From assembly GCA_043823785.1 (NCBI GenBank), contig JBDRAM010000132.1, positions 1-55,558 of the forward strand: a stretch of DNA of 55,558 bases. Direction: 5' to 3'. Both the position numbers and the translations under genes were made by a program. The DNA is from Candidatus Omnitrophota bacterium. Lineage in GTDB: Bacteria > Omnitrophota > Gorgyraeia > JABMRG01. Shown here in pieces: positions 53,608-55,558 of this stretch; the first letter of the stretch is position 1, and each line of letters begins with the position of its first letter. The notes below the pieces were generated by a model. The model was not told where the DNA came from, ran no database searches, and saw only the letters and a program-made list of their open reading frames with translations.

Positions 53608-54594
53608 ATGAATATACTATTTACTAATTATTGTAACTTAAAATGTGATTATTGTTTTGCTAAGGGCACATTGGGCGGAAGTGAATATACGAAAAAGTCA
53701 TACATAAGCCTTGATAATTTAAAAATTGCCCTGAATTTTTTGAAAAATTCTAAGCAGACGAGAGTCGGAGTTATAGGCGGAGAGCCGACGCTGCATCCTG
53801 AGTTTGAAAAGGCGTTTAAGACAATACTGGATAAGGGGCATGAGATATTATTATATTCTAACGGTATGATAAGAAAGAGTGTGCTGGCATATTTGTCAAA
53901 GATTAAAAAAGAAAAATGGGGCATGCTTCTCAATGTTAATATTCCCCAATCTTACAGTAAAAAGGAGTGGTCTATAATTAACGAAACCATGGATACCCTA
54001 TCAGATAAGATAGGGTTAGGCCACACTATTTGCAGGCCTGATTTCCGCGGAGATTTTATTATAAAGCTTATAAAAAAGTATAGATTAATAAAATGCGTCA
54101 GGTTAGGTATGGCGGCTCCTATATGCGGACACAAAAATTTATATCTTTCCTTTAACGGCCACAAGAAAGCCGCTTCCAGGGTAGTAAAATTTGCGCAAAA
54201 ATGTAACCTTTTAGACATATATATTAGCTTTGACTGCGGTTTTCTGCTGTGCAGCTTTACTGAAAAAGAGATCGGCCGGTTATTTTACTACAACGTACCA
54301 TTAACGTGCACATGCACACCGGTTATAGATGTAGGCCCGGATTTAATGATATGGCGCTGTTTTGCCACATCTATGATTTGGCAAAAAAACCTCAAGGATT
54401 TTAAAAACTTAGAAGAGATTTACAGCTTTTACGTAAATAAATTTAAGCCTTTTAAAAAATCAGGTATATTAAAAAAATGTTTTAGGTGTAAATATTTACA
54501 AAGAGGACAATGCGTTGGTGGCTGCCTGGGCCATACGCTAAAATCATTTAATGTGGAAAAAACAAACTTGCTCAGAAGGCCTGATTTTTCTTGA
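53608..54594 (+). CDS. Radical SAM/SPASM-like protein
   Basis: 328 aa. CX3CX2C motif NYCNLKCDYCFA, with a C-terminal Cys cluster CFRCKYLQRGQCVGGC. Confidence 0.75.
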   Translation: MNILFTNYCNLKCDYCFAKGTLGGSEYTKKSYISLDNLKIALNFLKNSKQTRVGVIGGEPTLHPEFEKAFKTILDKGHEILLYSNGMIRKSVLAYLSKIKKEKWGMLLNVNIPQSYSKKEWSIINETMDTLSDKIGLGHTICRPDFRGDFIIKLIKKYRLIKCVRLGMAAPICGHKNLYLSFNGHKKAASRVVKFAQKCNLLDIYISFDCGFLLCSFTEKEIGRLFYYNVPLTCTCTPVIDVGPDLMIWRCFATSMIWQKNLKDFKNLEEIYSFYVNKFKPFKKSGILKKCFRCKYLQRGQCVGGCLGHTLKSFNVEKTNLLRRPDFS

Positions 54595-54645
54595 ATAGAC
54601 ATTTTAACAGGAGTAAAATATACAAAAAGAGAAAGGAGAGGTTAG

Positions 54646-55212
54646 ATGCGAAAAGATATTTTTAAGGTAGTGTGCCTGTTTTGCATACCAGCGCTTATAG
54701 CTGGTTTTGCGGGATTGGCGTTGGCCCCACAGGCGCTTGCGGCGACAGCAAAAGAGATAGACGCTTCAGTCGATTCATCCCTGGGTCTTTTTAAAGATGT
54801 CAAGGGCGCGGAGGGCCTTATTAAAAAAGCGGCAGGTGTTTTGGTATTTCCAAAGGTCTATAAGGCCGGCATAGGAATAGGCGGCGAGTACGGAGAAGGC
54901 GCTTTGAGAATAAATGGCAAGACCGTAGATTACTATAATACAGCTTCCGCGTCTATCGGATTCCAGCTTGGCGGACAGAAAAAGACAATCATTATCCTTT
55001 TTATGCAAAAGGATTCACTTGATAAGTTTCGCGCAAGCTCAGGCTGGAAAGCGGGAATAGACGCCTCAGTCGCGGTTATCGCTATAGGCACGGGCGGCGC
55101 TATAGATACGGCAAAGATCAATGAGCCGATAATAGCGTTTATACTTGACCAGAAAGGCCTTATGTATAACCTTACGCTTGAAGGTTCTAAGATCACCAAG
55201 ATAGGGAAATAG
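54646..55212 (+). CDS. Secreted SYLF (Ysc84/DUF500) lipid-binding domain protein
   Basis: 188 aa. It has a signal peptide ending ALAATA and the blocks VLVFPKVYKAGIGIGGEYGEGAL and KAGIDASVAVIAIGTGGA. Confidence 0.7.
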   Translation: MRKDIFKVVCLFCIPALIAGFAGLALAPQALAATAKEIDASVDSSLGLFKDVKGAEGLIKKAAGVLVFPKVYKAGIGIGGEYGEGALRINGKTVDYYNTASASIGFQLGGQKKTIIILFMQKDSLDKFRASSGWKAGIDASVAVIAIGTGGAIDTAKINEPIIAFILDQKGLMYNLTLEGSKITKIGK

Positions 55213-55232
55213 TAGGTTTTTAAAATTATTTT

Positions 55233-55312
55233 GTAACAGTTCAGCATTTAACAGAATCCCTGCCCTACGGCCTTGAGGAACTTCTGCAGAAAGCTGAACT
55301 GTTACTTTTTTT
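55233..55312 (+). terminator. Terminator-like long-loop hairpin plus T-tract
   Basis: GTAACAGTTCAGC (55233-45) pairs with GCTGAACTGTTAC (55293-305) and is followed by TTTTTTT. The 47-nt loop is atypical for an intrinsic terminator. Confidence 0.4.
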
Positions 55313-55453
55313 GTGGTATAACGAAGTATGAAACACCACTAAAAATCTATTAGAGGTTATAGCTAAGTGATTTTTTTGTTTGCTATTTACTAATTCTAAG
55401 CTATAATATAAGCATAACATATATAGGCTGTCGCGAAACTAATTTTAGCCTAT

Positions 55454-55549
55454 GATTACAATGATTTTTAAAAGATTACAGCGATTACCTAGTCGATAAA
55501 CAATCTCCGTAATCTGTCATTTAGTAATCTTTGTAATCAAGGGCGGCAC
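55454..55549. repeat. AATCT/GTAATC box module, copy D (inverted pair of box sets)
   Basis: Reverse-orientation boxes are GATTACAATGATT...GATTACAGCGATTAC (55454-55488). Forward boxes are AATCTCCGTAATCT...AATCTTTGTAATCA (55502-55539). Then AGGGCGGCAC is the presumed 5' hairpin arm, and the window ends. Confidence 0.75.
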
Positions 55550-55558
55550 TTTTGTGAC

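Overview
This is a 55.6-kb window of a moderately AT-rich bacterial chromosome. The lineage cannot be assigned from sequence alone. An Rnf complex in rnfCDGEAB order and several radical-SAM enzymes suggest an anaerobe, probably uncultivated. Layout: (1) 1-32.9 kb is a tightly packed locus of about 30 glycan-assembly genes. It holds at least 13 glycosyltransferases, two different phosphoglycosyl-transferase initiators and a Wzy-like membrane protein. It also holds an aminotransferase/acetyltransferase pair, a GDP-mannose-3,5-epimerase-like enzyme, 3 FkbM and 3 class-I methyltransferases, two AsnB-type amidotransferases, a NodU/CmcH carbamoyltransferase and a radical SAM enzyme. (2) 33.0-35.3 kb holds tRNA-Phe, a B12-radical-SAM gene and an odd tRNA-Thr locus. 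That locus has a 90-bp tandem array in which every unit starts with the first 12 nt of the tRNA, plus an orphan exact copy of the tRNA 3' end behind a 100-nt hairpin element. (3) 35.3-49.7 kb is housekeeping: an MFS transporter, rnfC-[GxxExxY nuclease-fold gene]-rnfDGEAB, trxA, an ASKHA/DUF4445 protein, purN with an unusual C-terminal extension, a phosphohexomutase, eno, ftsB-like and an S1-domain protein. It ends with an initiator-like tRNA-Met(CAT) split in its anticodon loop by a 641-nt group I intron that encodes a PD-(D/E)XK homing-endonuclease-like ORF. (4) 50-55.5 kb is a small glycan-modification islet (two methyltransferases and a GT31-like gene with an apparent N-terminal frameshift), a membrane protein, a radical SAM/SPASM enzyme and a SYLF-domain protein. 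The intergenic spaces of blocks 2-4 carry at least three dispersed repeat/hairpin families that no coding feature explains. I saw no rRNA, CRISPR array, transposase, integrase or recognisable defence genes. All protein calls come from motifs read by eye, with no database search. RNA and repeat coordinates were derived by hand and may be off by 1-2 nt.
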